Below are positions 55,309 to 64,000 of a stretch of DNA of 64,000 bases, in pieces. Position numbers and translations under genes: made by a program. The notes beneath the pieces are model-generated. The model was given only the letters and a program-made list of their open reading frames with translations. It ran no database searches and was not told the origin of the DNA. Source of the DNA: Alphaproteobacteria bacterium. Lineage in GTDB: Bacteria > Pseudomonadota > Alphaproteobacteria > JAAXGF01. Location: positions 256,001 through 320,000 of the forward strand of contig CAUVXB020000002.1 of the NCBI GenBank assembly GCA_963555825.3, written 5' to 3'. The first letter of the stretch is position 1. Each line of letters opens with the position of its first letter.

Positions 55309-56429
55309 AGCATGCCTCCGTCGCCCGTGCGCCGACGCGTCAGCGCCAGCACCATGCCCATGCCGAGCGCCACGGCGATAATCGAGGAACCGCCGTAGGA
55401 GACGAAAGGCAGCGTCATACCCGTGGGTGGCAGCAGCCTGAGCGTCACGCCCATGTGGAACAGCGCCTGCAGGCCGAACTGGGTCAGCAAGCCGCTGACC
55501 GCCAGCATGACGAACAGGCTCTTGTCGTTCATCGCGCGCGAATAGCCGCGCAGCACGACGAACACGAAGAGCGCCACCAGGGCGAGGCAGAACAGCAGCC
55601 CGAACTCCTCGCCGGCGACCGCGAAGACGTAGTCGCTGTGGGCGTCGGGCAGCGCCTGTTTGACGACGCCCTCGCCCGGGCCGCGGCCGATCAGGCCACC
55701 GTTCATGAAGGCCTCGAGCGCGGTGTCGGCCTGGTAGCTGTCGCCCGACGACGGGTCGAGGAAGCTGTCGATGCGCCTGGCGACATGCGGCATGAACAGA
55801 TAGGCCGCCGCGGCGCCGGCGGCGCCGACGATGCCGAACAGCGCGACCCAGCGCAGTGGCAGGCCGGCGAAGAAGGACTGCGTGAACCACACCGCGGCGA
55901 CAACCACCGCCATCGAGAAATCGGGCTGCAACATCAAGAGCCCGACGACCAGACCGCACAGCGCCACGCAGATCAGATGCGACGGGAACCGCGGATTGAA
56001 ATGATAGGCCGCGAACAGCCATGCGGTGACCACGGCGAAGGTCGGCTTGACGAATTCCGAGACCTGCAGGGATACCGGCCCGAGACGGATCCAGCGGCGC
56101 GCGCCGTTGATCTCCGCGCCGGCCACCAGGGTGACGACGAGCAATGCGAGGCAAATCAGAAAGCCACCCACCGCGACGCGGCGCAGCCGCAGCGGCGAGA
56201 GCATCGAGGCGGCCAGCAGGACCGCCAGTGCCGGCGCCATGAAGGCCATCTGGCGGCGCACGAAATAGAAGGTGTCGACGCCCATGCGGTCGGCGACCGC
56301 CGTGCTCGACGCCATGGTCAGCACCGCGCCGAGGGCCATCAGCAGGCCGACGGCCAGCAGCGTCCAGCGGTCGACGGTCCACCACCAGCGGCCGACCAGG
56401 CTGGTATCGGTGCGCGCGAAGACGCTCAT
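55305..56429 (-). CDS. ftsW: Peptidoglycan glycosyltransferase FtsW
   Basis: GARRW, SEFVK, QPDF, PDAHSDY, GEEFG, SYGGSS. Confidence 0.95.
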   Translation of the reverse strand: MSVFARTDTSLVGRWWWTVDRWTLLAVGLLMALGAVLTMASSTAVADRMGVDTFYFVRRQMAFMAPALAVLLAASMLSPLRLRRVAVGGFLICLALLVVTLVAGAEINGARRWIRLGPVSLQVSEFVKPTFAVVTAWLFAAYHFNPRFPSHLICVALCGLVVGLLMLQPDFSMAVVVAAVWFTQSFFAGLPLRWVALFGIVGAAGAAAAYLFMPHVARRIDSFLDPSSGDSYQADTALEAFMNGGLIGRGPGEGVVKQALPDAHSDYVFAVAGEEFGLLFCLALVALFVFVVLRGYSRAMNDKSLFVMLAVSGLLTQFGLQALFHMGVTLRLLPPTGMTLPFVSYGGSSIIAVALGMGMVLALTRRRTGDGGML

Positions 56430-57865
56430 CGTCCGCGCCCCGCGGCCGCGCCGTCGGTGATCGCCTCGTCGATCGCCTCGCGCGTGCCGGGCAGCGCGGC
56501 GACCAGCCCGCGGAATGCGTCGCCGCGCGCCTCGAAGTCGGCGAACTGGTCGAACGAGGCGCAGGCCGGCGATAGCAGCACGACCGGCGCGTCGCGCCCC
56601 TCGGCGCCGGCCAAGCGTTGGGCGGCGGCGACCGCGGATGCGAGGTTGCCGCAAATCTCGTGTCGCACCGCATCGCCCAAGGCGGCGGCGAAGTCGTCCG
56701 CCGCCTCGCCGATCAGGAAGGCGTGCGCGATGTTGGTGAAGCGGACCGCGAGGTCGGCGATGCCGCCTTCCTTGGGCAGACCGCCGGCAATCCAGTAGAC
56801 GTTTTCATAGCACGCCAACGCCTTGTCGGCGGCGGCAGCATTGGTCGCCTTGCTGTCGTTGACGTAGCGCACGCCGTCGACGATGGCGACGAGCTCCATG
56901 CGGTGGGCGAGGCCGGGGAAGCTCTGCAGGCAGGCCGCCACGACCGGCGCGTCGACGTCGATGGCGCACGTCATGGCATAAGCCGCGGCGGCGTTCTGCC
57001 AGTTGTGGGCACCCGGCAGGCTGGCAATCGCCGTCAAATCCAGGACCGGCGTCGCGCCGTCGTCGATATCGTCGTAGAGCGTCCCGTCGAGCACATAGAC
57101 GCCGCCCTCGACCCGACGCCCGACAGCGACCGGTATGATCCGCTGGTCGCCCTTGGCGGTGAGCGCGTCGAACAATGCGCGGCAAGGCTCGTCATCGATG
57201 CAAACGACCGCTGAGCGCGGCTCGGTCTGGCGGTGGAATATCTTCTTCTTCGACGCGACGTAGTTCTCGAAGCCGCCGTGGCGGTCGATGTGGTCGGGCG
57301 TCAGATTGAGCAGCACGGCGACGTCGAAGGTGATCGAATAGGTCAGATCGAGCTGGTACGACGACATCTCGATGACGTAGACGCCATCGCTCGTGATCGG
57401 CCGGAGGTCGAGCACCGGGATGCCCAGATTGCCGCCGACCTCGACCTCGCGGCCGGCGAGCCGCAGGATATGGCCGACCAGCGCCGTGGTCGTCGACTTG
57501 CCGTTGGTCCCGGTGACGCCGATGAACTGGTGGTCGCGCATGGTGCGGGCCAACAGCTCGACGTCGCCAATCACCTCGCAACCGGCGGCGCGCGCGATCT
57601 TGACGACCCGGTGCGGCTCGGGATGGTCGAGCGGCACGCCGGGGCTCAACACCAGCGAGGTCACCTCGCCAGCCACCCAGTCGCGCTCGTAGAGATCGAC
57701 CAGCGGCACGCCCGCCTCGCCGGCCCTGGCGCGCTGACCCTCGTCGTCGTCCCACGCCCAGACCTCAGCGCCGGCGGCGCCGAGCGCGTGCGCGGCCGAC
57801 AGGCCCGAGCGGCCGAGGCCGAAGACGGCGATGGGGAGACCGGCGAAGGGAAACGGTTCGATCAT
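56426..57865 (-). CDS. murD: UDP-N-acetylmuramoyl-L-alanine-D-glutamate ligase
   Basis: GTNGKSTTT, EMSSYQL, DHIDRH, NDSKATN, SPACASFDQF. Confidence 0.96.
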   Translation of the reverse strand: MIEPFPFAGLPIAVFGLGRSGLSAAHALGAAGAEVWAWDDDEGQRARAGEAGVPLVDLYERDWVAGEVTSLVLSPGVPLDHPEPHRVVKIARAAGCEVIGDVELLARTMRDHQFIGVTGTNGKSTTTALVGHILRLAGREVEVGGNLGIPVLDLRPITSDGVYVIEMSSYQLDLTYSITFDVAVLLNLTPDHIDRHGGFENYVASKKKIFHRQTEPRSAVVCIDDEPCRALFDALTAKGDQRIIPVAVGRRVEGGVYVLDGTLYDDIDDGATPVLDLTAIASLPGAHNWQNAAAAYAMTCAIDVDAPVVAACLQSFPGLAHRMELVAIVDGVRYVNDSKATNAAAADKALACYENVYWIAGGLPKEGGIADLAVRFTNIAHAFLIGEAADDFAAALGDAVRHEICGNLASAVAAAQRLAGAEGRDAPVVLLSPACASFDQFADFEARGDAFRGLVAALPGTREAIDEAITDGAAAGRGR

Positions 57866-57869
57866 CCGC

Positions 57870-58958
57870 TCACCTCAGCTTCAGGGTGGCGAGGCCGAGC
57901 AGCGCCAGCACGAATGCGATGATCCAAAAGCGGATGACGATGGTCGCCTCGGCCCAGCCCTTCTGCTCGAAATGATGATGCAGCGGCGCCATGCGGAAGA
58001 CGCGCCGCCCGGTGAGCTTGAACGAGACGACCTGCACGATGACCGAAACCGTCTCGAGCACAAACAGGCCCCCGACGATCAAGAGCACCAGCTCGTGCTT
58101 GGTGATTACGCTGACCGCGCCGATCGCACCGCCCGCGGCCAGGCTGCCGGTATCGCCCATGAAGACCATCGCCGGCGGCGCGTTGAACCACAGGAAGCCG
58201 AGGCTCGCGCCGACCAGCGCGCCGCACACGACCGCCAGCTCGCCCGAGCCCGGCACCGGGTGGAGCTGCAGGTAGTTGGCGAACACCGCGTTGCCGACCA
58301 GATAGGCGATCAGCGCGAAGCAGGCCGCGGCGATCATGATCGGAACGATGGCCAGGCCGTCGAGACCGTCGGTCAGGTTGACCGCGTTCGAAGTTCCGAC
58401 CATGACGCAGACCGCGAACGGCACGAAGAACCAGCCGAAGTCGACCAGCACGTCCTTGAGGAACGGCACGGCGACCGTCGAGGCCAACGGGTCGCGCGTC
58501 AACTGCATGATCCAGAGCGTCGCGCCGACGCCGATGGCGACCTCGAGCGCCAGCTTGAGTTTGCCCGACAGACCATGGCTCGACCGCCGCTTTACCTTGA
58601 GATAGTCGTCGATGAAACCGACGCCGCCGAAGCCCAGCGCGACGAGCAGCACGACCCAGACATAACCGCTGGTGACGTCGGCCCACAGCAAGGTAGAAAC
58701 GGTCAGCGCGAGCAGGATCAGGAAGCCGCCCATAGTCGGCGTCCCGGCCTTCTCGATGATGTGCCGCTCGGGCCCGTCGTCGCGGATCGGCTGGCCACTG
58801 CCCTGGCGCGCGCGCAACCAGCGGATCACCGCCGGGCCACAGATGAAGCTGACCAGAAGCGCGGTCAGCACCGCGCCGCCGGTGCGGAAGGTGAGATAGC
58901 GGAACAGGTTGAACGCGCTGAATTCGTCGGCCAGCGGGAACAGGACGTTGAAAAACAT
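57870..58958 (-). CDS. mraY: Phospho-N-acetylmuramoyl-pentapeptide transferase
   Basis: [38 protein letters not shown]. Confidence 0.97.
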   Translation of the reverse strand: MFFNVLFPLADEFSAFNLFRYLTFRTGGAVLTALLVSFICGPAVIRWLRARQGSGQPIRDDGPERHIIEKAGTPTMGGFLILLALTVSTLLWADVTSGYVWVVLLVALGFGGVGFIDDYLKVKRRSSHGLSGKLKLALEVAIGVGATLWIMQLTRDPLASTVAVPFLKDVLVDFGWFFVPFAVCVMVGTSNAVNLTDGLDGLAIVPIMIAAACFALIAYLVGNAVFANYLQLHPVPGSGELAVVCGALVGASLGFLWFNAPPAMVFMGDTGSLAAGGAIGAVSVITKHELVLLIVGGLFVLETVSVIVQVVSFKLTGRRVFRMAPLHHHFEQKGWAEATIVIRFWIIAFVLALLGLATLKLR

Positions 58959-58970
58959 CGGCCCGCCCCC

Positions 58971-60428
58971 TCACCCGCTGCCCGCGGCGCGCGGTGACGG
59001 TTCGCCGTCGCGCGCGCGCAGCGCGTCGATGATGACGCGCATCGCCGGGCGCACGCCGCCGCCGCGCGAACCCTTGACCAGCACGACGTCGCCGCTGCGC
59101 ACGACGGCCGCGACGGGCATCGCGATATGGTCGGGGTTTTCGGCGTGGCCGGCGCGCATGCCGGCCGGCAGAACGTCGCGCAGCTGCGCCATGTGCTGGC
59201 CCACGGTGAACACTTGATCGACGCGCGCGCCGATCAACGCGTCGGCGAGCGTGACGTGCTGTTCGGGCGCCGCCTCGCCGAGCTCGCGCATGTCGCCCAG
59301 CACTGCGATGCGACGGCCGCTCTCGCCCGGCGGCGTGCCGCCCAACAGCGCGATGGCGGCGCGCATCGAGGCCGGGTTGGCGTTGTAGCTTTCGTCGATC
59401 AGCGTGAAGCCATCGCCGTCCAGCGTGATCCGCTCGCGCGCGCCGCGGCCGGCGAGCGGGCGCAGCTCGGCGAGTCCTGGCGCGAGCGTGGCGGCGTCGG
59501 CGCCGGCGGCGTGGACGGCCGCAAGCGCGGCGAGACTGGTCGTCACCCAATGGCGGCCCGGCGCGCCGAGCCGGTAGACGATGCGCGCGCCGTCGAGCGC
59601 GACGGTGACATCGCTGTGCTCGGTTGCAATCTCTGCATCGACGAGACGCAGCGTGGCGTCGGCGTGCTCGCCGAACGAGACCACCTTGGTGACGCCGCAG
59701 GCGTCCGCCGCGATGACCAGGCGGTCGTAGAACCGGTTGTCGCGGTTGAGCACGGCCGTGCCGCCAGCGCCCATGCCCTCGAAAATCTCGGCCTTGGCGT
59801 CGCAGATCGCCTCGAGCGACGCGAAGAATTCGGTGTGTACCGGCTCGACATTGGTGACCACGGCGACGTCGGGCCGCACCAGGCCCGTCAACGGCGCGAT
59901 CTCGCCGGCGTGGTTCATGCCGATCTCGAAGACGCCGAAGCACGCCGCGCGCGGCAGCGCGGCGAGGCTCAGCGGCACGCCCCATTGGTTGTTGAAGCTC
60001 GCCGGATTGGCGAAGCTCGGCCCGGCGGCCGAGAGCAGCAGTCTCAGCGCCTCCTTGGTGCCCGTCTTGCCGACACTGCCGGTAACCGCGATGACGCGCG
60101 CCTGGGCGCGTTCGCGCGCCGCCCTTGCCAGCTTCTCGAGCGCCGCCATGGTGTCGTCGACGACGAGCAGCGGCGCATCCTCGGCAACGCCTTCGGGGTG
60201 ATGGCCGACCAACGCGGCGACCGCGCCTGCGGCCAGCGCATCGGCGACAAAATCGTGACCATCGGCGTTCGGCCCCTCGATGGCGACGAACAGATCACCC
60301 GCCTCGACGTTGCGGCTGTCGGCCGAGACGCCGGAACATGCCCACGCGGCCGCGCCGCGCCCCCCCGTCGCCGCGACCGCCTCGGCCGAGGTCCAAAGCG
60401 GTGCGCCTGCTTGCGGCGTCGGGCTCAT
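58971..60428 (-). CDS. murF: MurF ligase
   Basis: TGSVGKTGTKE, FNNQWGVP, EIGMNH, DESYNANP, VKGSR. Confidence 0.95.
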   Translation of the reverse strand: MSPTPQAGAPLWTSAEAVAATGGRGAAAWACSGVSADSRNVEAGDLFVAIEGPNADGHDFVADALAAGAVAALVGHHPEGVAEDAPLLVVDDTMAALEKLARAARERAQARVIAVTGSVGKTGTKEALRLLLSAAGPSFANPASFNNQWGVPLSLAALPRAACFGVFEIGMNHAGEIAPLTGLVRPDVAVVTNVEPVHTEFFASLEAICDAKAEIFEGMGAGGTAVLNRDNRFYDRLVIAADACGVTKVVSFGEHADATLRLVDAEIATEHSDVTVALDGARIVYRLGAPGRHWVTTSLAALAAVHAAGADAATLAPGLAELRPLAGRGARERITLDGDGFTLIDESYNANPASMRAAIALLGGTPPGESGRRIAVLGDMRELGEAAPEQHVTLADALIGARVDQVFTVGQHMAQLRDVLPAGMRAGHAENPDHIAMPVAAVVRSGDVVLVKGSRGGGVRPAMRVIIDALRARDGEPSPRAAGSG

Positions 60429-61885
60429 GGCGCCGCGCTCTCGAGTGCCGCGACCGCGTCGCGGGCGGCGGTCGCGTCGTCGAACGGGATAACGCGGTCG
60501 CCGATGATCTGGCCCTGCTCGTGCCCCTTGCCGGCGATGACCAGCACATCGCCCGCGGCGAGACCCGCGACGGCAGCGCCGATCGCGTCGGCGCGGTCGC
60601 CGATCTCGGTCGCGTCGGGGCAACCGGCAAGGATCTCGCGGCGGATCGCAACCGGGTCCTCGGTGCGCGGGTTGTCGTCGGTGACGATCGGCCAATCGCC
60701 TAGCGCGGCGGCGATTTCACCCATCATCGGCCGCTTGGCGCGGTCGCGGTCACCGCCACAGCCGAACACGACGACCAGTCGGCCGATCGCCTGCGGTCGC
60801 AGCGCGCGCAGCACGTTGGCGAGCGCATCGGGCTTGTGCGAATAGTCGACGTAGATCGGCGCGCTGGAGGGATGGCGGGCGACCAGCTCGATGCGGCCGG
60901 GCACGCCGGCGAGGTCTTCAAGCGCGCCGAGCGCGGCGTCGGCGGCGACCCCGGTGGCGATCGCCAGGCCCGCCGCGCAGACCGCGTTGAGCGCCTGATA
61001 GTCGGCGGCGAGCGGGAACGCCAGGTCGCGGCGCGCGCCGTCGACGACGACGGTGAGACGCTGGCCGTCGCCGTCGGCCGTCGCCGAAACGAGCTGCAGA
61101 TCGCAAGCGCCGCGGCCATAGCCGACGACGCGGTGGCCGCGCATCTCGCAGGTCTCGCGCACACGCGCGTATTCGGGCGCGTCGACATTGATCAGCGCGG
61201 TGCCGCCCGGCGCCATCACCGTGTCGAACAGGTGCAGCTTGGCGGCAAGGTAATGCTCGAGCGTCGGGTGGTAATCGAGGTGGTCCCGCGACAGGTTGGT
61301 GAACGCGCCGGCGGCGACGCGCACGCCGTCCATGCGGCACTGGTCGAGCCCGTGGCTCGACGCCTCGATCGCCAGATGGTCGATGCCGGCGCCGGCGATC
61401 CCAGCCAGGCACTGGTGCAGCGTGACCGGGTCGGGCGTGGTGTGCGGCAGCTTGCGCGCGACGCCCACGCCGATGACGCCGAGGGTGCCGAGCGAGGCCG
61501 CCGCGTGGCCACTGTGCGTCCAGATCTGGCGCAGGAAATCGGCGACCGAGGTCTTGCCGCTGGTGCCCGTGACGGCGGCGACGACGTCGGGCTGGACGCC
61601 GTAGAAACGCGCCGCCATAAGCGCCAGACGCCGGCGCGGGTTGGCGTCGGCGACCAGCAGGGCGCGATCGGCCGGCACATCGAGGCGCGGCTCGTCGGCC
61701 GCCAGCACCACGACGGCGCCGCGGACCAGCGCGTCGGCGACATAATCGGCGCCATCGGCGTGACTGCCACGCAGAGCGGCGAAGAGATAGCCAGGCCTGA
61801 CCTCGCGCGAATCGGCGGTAAGGCCGAGAACCTCGACGTTCCGGGCGCCGTCGACCGCGCTGTCGAGCAGTTCAGAAAGCAACAC
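60425..61885 (-). CDS. murE: MurE ligase (meso-DAP)
   Basis: TGTSGKT, EASSHGL, DHLDYH, DYSHKPD, DNPR, GKGHE. Confidence 0.95.
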   Translation of the reverse strand: MLLSELLDSAVDGARNVEVLGLTADSREVRPGYLFAALRGSHADGADYVADALVRGAVVVLAADEPRLDVPADRALLVADANPRRRLALMAARFYGVQPDVVAAVTGTSGKTSVADFLRQIWTHSGHAAASLGTLGVIGVGVARKLPHTTPDPVTLHQCLAGIAGAGIDHLAIEASSHGLDQCRMDGVRVAAGAFTNLSRDHLDYHPTLEHYLAAKLHLFDTVMAPGGTALINVDAPEYARVRETCEMRGHRVVGYGRGACDLQLVSATADGDGQRLTVVVDGARRDLAFPLAADYQALNAVCAAGLAIATGVAADAALGALEDLAGVPGRIELVARHPSSAPIYVDYSHKPDALANVLRALRPQAIGRLVVVFGCGGDRDRAKRPMMGEIAAALGDWPIVTDDNPRTEDPVAIRREILAGCPDATEIGDRADAIGAAVAGLAAGDVLVIAGKGHEQGQIIGDRVIPFDDATAARDAVAALESAAP

Positions 61886-63614
61886 CCAGGCCCTCCTCGC
61901 CGGCGACCTTGATGTAGAGCCCCTGGCCGCCATCCGGCGCGGCGTCGTCGATCGGCGCAACGCCCAGCATCGGCCCGATTCGCCGGATGACACGCCCGAC
62001 CGCGGGCGCCGCGGTCCAGCCGCCGGTCGCGTAATTGAAGGTCGCCTCGGTGCCCTGCGGCTCGTCGAACATGACGAAGACGACGTAGCGCGGCGCGTTC
62101 ATCGGAAAGGCGGCGACGAATGAGGAGATCAGCGACTTCTCGGCGTAGCCGTTGGCCGACGCCTTCTCGGCGGTTCCGGTCTTGCCGCCAACCATATAGC
62201 CGGGCACCGCCGCCTTGCCGCCGGTGCCGCTGGCGACAACGAGATGCAGCAGCGCGCGCATTTTGAGCGACGTCTCGGGCGAGATCGCGCGCCAGCCGAT
62301 CAGCGGCTCGCCGCCGCTACGCTTGATGAGCGTGGCCGGGTGATAGACGCCGCCGTTGACCACCGAGGCGACCGCCGAGGAGAGCTGCAAGGGGCTGACC
62401 GCGACGCCATGGCCGAAAGCGATCGTCATGGTGTTGATCTCGCGCCACGGGCTCGGCACGATCGGCGCCGCGACCTCGGGCAACTCGATGTCGGCCGGGC
62501 GCAACAGGCCGAAGCGCGCCAGGTAGTCGCGCTGCACCTCGGTGCCGACGTCGAGCGCCATCTTGGCGCTGCCGATATTCGATGAGTAGGCAAAGATCTC
62601 CGAGACCGTCAGCCAGCGGTTCTTCGGCTTGTAGTCGCGGATGACGAAGCGCGCGACGCGCAGCGGTTTGCTGGCGTCGTATTTGTCGGTCAGGCCGGCG
62701 ATGCCCGAATCGAGCGCCATCGCCGTGTTGAACACCTTGAAGGTCGAGCCCATCTCGTAGGCGCCGAGGGTGGCGCGGTTGAAGCGCGCCTCGCCGTCCC
62801 CCGGACCGAGATGATTGGGGTCGAAGTCGGGCAGCGACGACAGCGCCAGCACCTCGCCCGACGTGACGTCGAGCACGACGCCGGCGGCGCCGAGCGCGCT
62901 GAACTCGGTCATGCCGGCGCGCAGCTCCTCGCGCAGCACGTGCTGGATGCGCGCATCGAGCGACAGCCGAAGCGGCTCGGCCGGGCCACGCGGCGGCGCG
63001 CGCAGAACATCGTCGAACGCCTTCTCGACGCCGGCGAGCCCGCGGTTGTCGATGTCGGCGAAGCCGGCGACATGGGCGAACAGCGAACCGAGCGGATAGG
63101 CCCGGCGCTCCTCGCGCTGGAAGCCGACGCCGGGCAGCCCGAGCCGGTTGATCGCGACCTGCTGGCGCGGTGTCAGATTGCGCTTGAGCCAGACGAAGCG
63201 GCGCTCGCTGGTCAGCTTGCTCAAGAGCTCGGCGTGGCTGACGCCGGGCAGCACGGCGGCCAGCTCGTCGGCGGTCTCGCGCGCATCCATGACGCGCTTG
63301 GGATCGGCGTAGAGCGAGGCGGTCAGCAGGTTGGTGGCGAGCAGCACGCCGTTGCGGTCGACGATGTCGGAGCGCGCGAAACGCGCATGGCTCTCGGCGG
63401 CGGTCGGCGTGAAGCGCGGCTCGAAGCCATCCTTGAACAGCGTCACGTCGACGAGGCGGACACCGATCACGAGATAGGCGAGCGAGAGCAGCGCGCCGGC
63501 CAGGACCAGACGGTGGCGGCCCATCTTGAGCGCGCGGCTCGCGGTGCCGTCGATCGTCACGCGGCCGTGGACAACGGCGTCTCGGTCGAGGCGGCTGTCG
63601 TCCTTAGGGTTCAT
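61872..63614 (-). CDS. ftsI: Penicillin-binding protein 3 (FtsI)
   Basis: GSTFK, SSN, KTGTA. Confidence 0.95.
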   Translation of the reverse strand: MNPKDDSRLDRDAVVHGRVTIDGTASRALKMGRHRLVLAGALLSLAYLVIGVRLVDVTLFKDGFEPRFTPTAAESHARFARSDIVDRNGVLLATNLLTASLYADPKRVMDARETADELAAVLPGVSHAELLSKLTSERRFVWLKRNLTPRQQVAINRLGLPGVGFQREERRAYPLGSLFAHVAGFADIDNRGLAGVEKAFDDVLRAPPRGPAEPLRLSLDARIQHVLREELRAGMTEFSALGAAGVVLDVTSGEVLALSSLPDFDPNHLGPGDGEARFNRATLGAYEMGSTFKVFNTAMALDSGIAGLTDKYDASKPLRVARFVIRDYKPKNRWLTVSEIFAYSSNIGSAKMALDVGTEVQRDYLARFGLLRPADIELPEVAAPIVPSPWREINTMTIAFGHGVAVSPLQLSSAVASVVNGGVYHPATLIKRSGGEPLIGWRAISPETSLKMRALLHLVVASGTGGKAAVPGYMVGGKTGTAEKASANGYAEKSLISSFVAAFPMNAPRYVVFVMFDEPQGTEATFNYATGGWTAAPAVGRVIRRIGPMLGVAPIDDAAPDGGQGLYIKVAGEEGLGVAF

Positions 63615-63624
63615 GGGCCGGCCC

Positions 63625-63942
63625 TCACTCGGCGCCGTCGAGATCGGCGACGACGGCGCCGTCGATCGGCCGGGGCGGCAATGCGGTGATGGCGCCGACC
63701 TGGTTCGGCGCGACCGGGACGAGCGCGAGATGGCGGCCGGCGAGCCGGCTCAGCCGGTCGGGCCGGTTCAGATAGCTCCACTCGGCACGCAGCACGTGGA
63801 TCGATTCCTGGCTCGTGATCAGCTCGCGCTCGAGCTGCGCCAGCGCACCCTCGGAACGCTGCACCGCGTGCTTGAGCTGGTAGAGCCCGAACGCCATCGA
63901 ACCGATCACGCCGACCCACACGACCTTGGAGGACACGCTCAT
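63625..63942 (-). CDS. ftsL: Cell division protein FtsL
   Basis: TM plus coiled coil; LRAEWSYLNRPDRL; position in the cluster. Confidence 0.88.
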   Translation of the reverse strand: MSVSSKVVWVGVIGSMAFGLYQLKHAVQRSEGALAQLERELITSQESIHVLRAEWSYLNRPDRLSRLAGRHLALVPVAPNQVGAITALPPRPIDGAVVADLDGAE

Positions 63943-64000
63943 GCCGCCGCCTCCCAGGCCGCCGCGCCGGTGCGCTCGGCAACGCGCAGCTTGGCCGAAC
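63939..64000 (-). CDS. rsmH: 16S rRNA methyltransferase RsmH, 3' end only
   Basis: SAKLRVAERT C-terminal motif; ATGA overlap with ftsL. Confidence 0.8.
   Translation of the reverse strand, partial: SAKLRVAERTGAAAWEAAA

Overview
GC-rich alphaproteobacterial (Rhodospirillales-like gene order) chromosomal window with two parts. The right part (41.1-64 kb, all minus strand) is the conserved division/cell-wall cluster rsmH'-ftsL-ftsI-murE-murF-mraY-murD-ftsW-murG-murC-murB-ddl-ftsQ-ftsA-ftsZ-lpxC-bamD-recN-ligA. The left part (1-41 kb) is accessory and metabolic, with many mobile elements. The most notable locus is a TIR-transmembrane-16xWD40 receptor-like gene, split by an IS with a 14-bp target duplication and translationally coupled to a TPR-S/MAP3K-TRAF-binding-like gene that runs off the window. 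Mobile DNA includes four IS elements (IS3/IS481-like, ISKra4-like, an IS1182 remnant fused in frame to a quinone oxidoreductase, and IS630), three MITEs and a 3-copy covarying structured repeat. MITE ends appear to create extended -10 boxes in front of bamD, cpdA and pepP. Other features are tandem DmpA peptidases, a convergent cyclase/phosphodiesterase pair and a 15-bp tandem repeat in the FtsZ linker. All family calls come from motif recognition by eye; no database searches were run.
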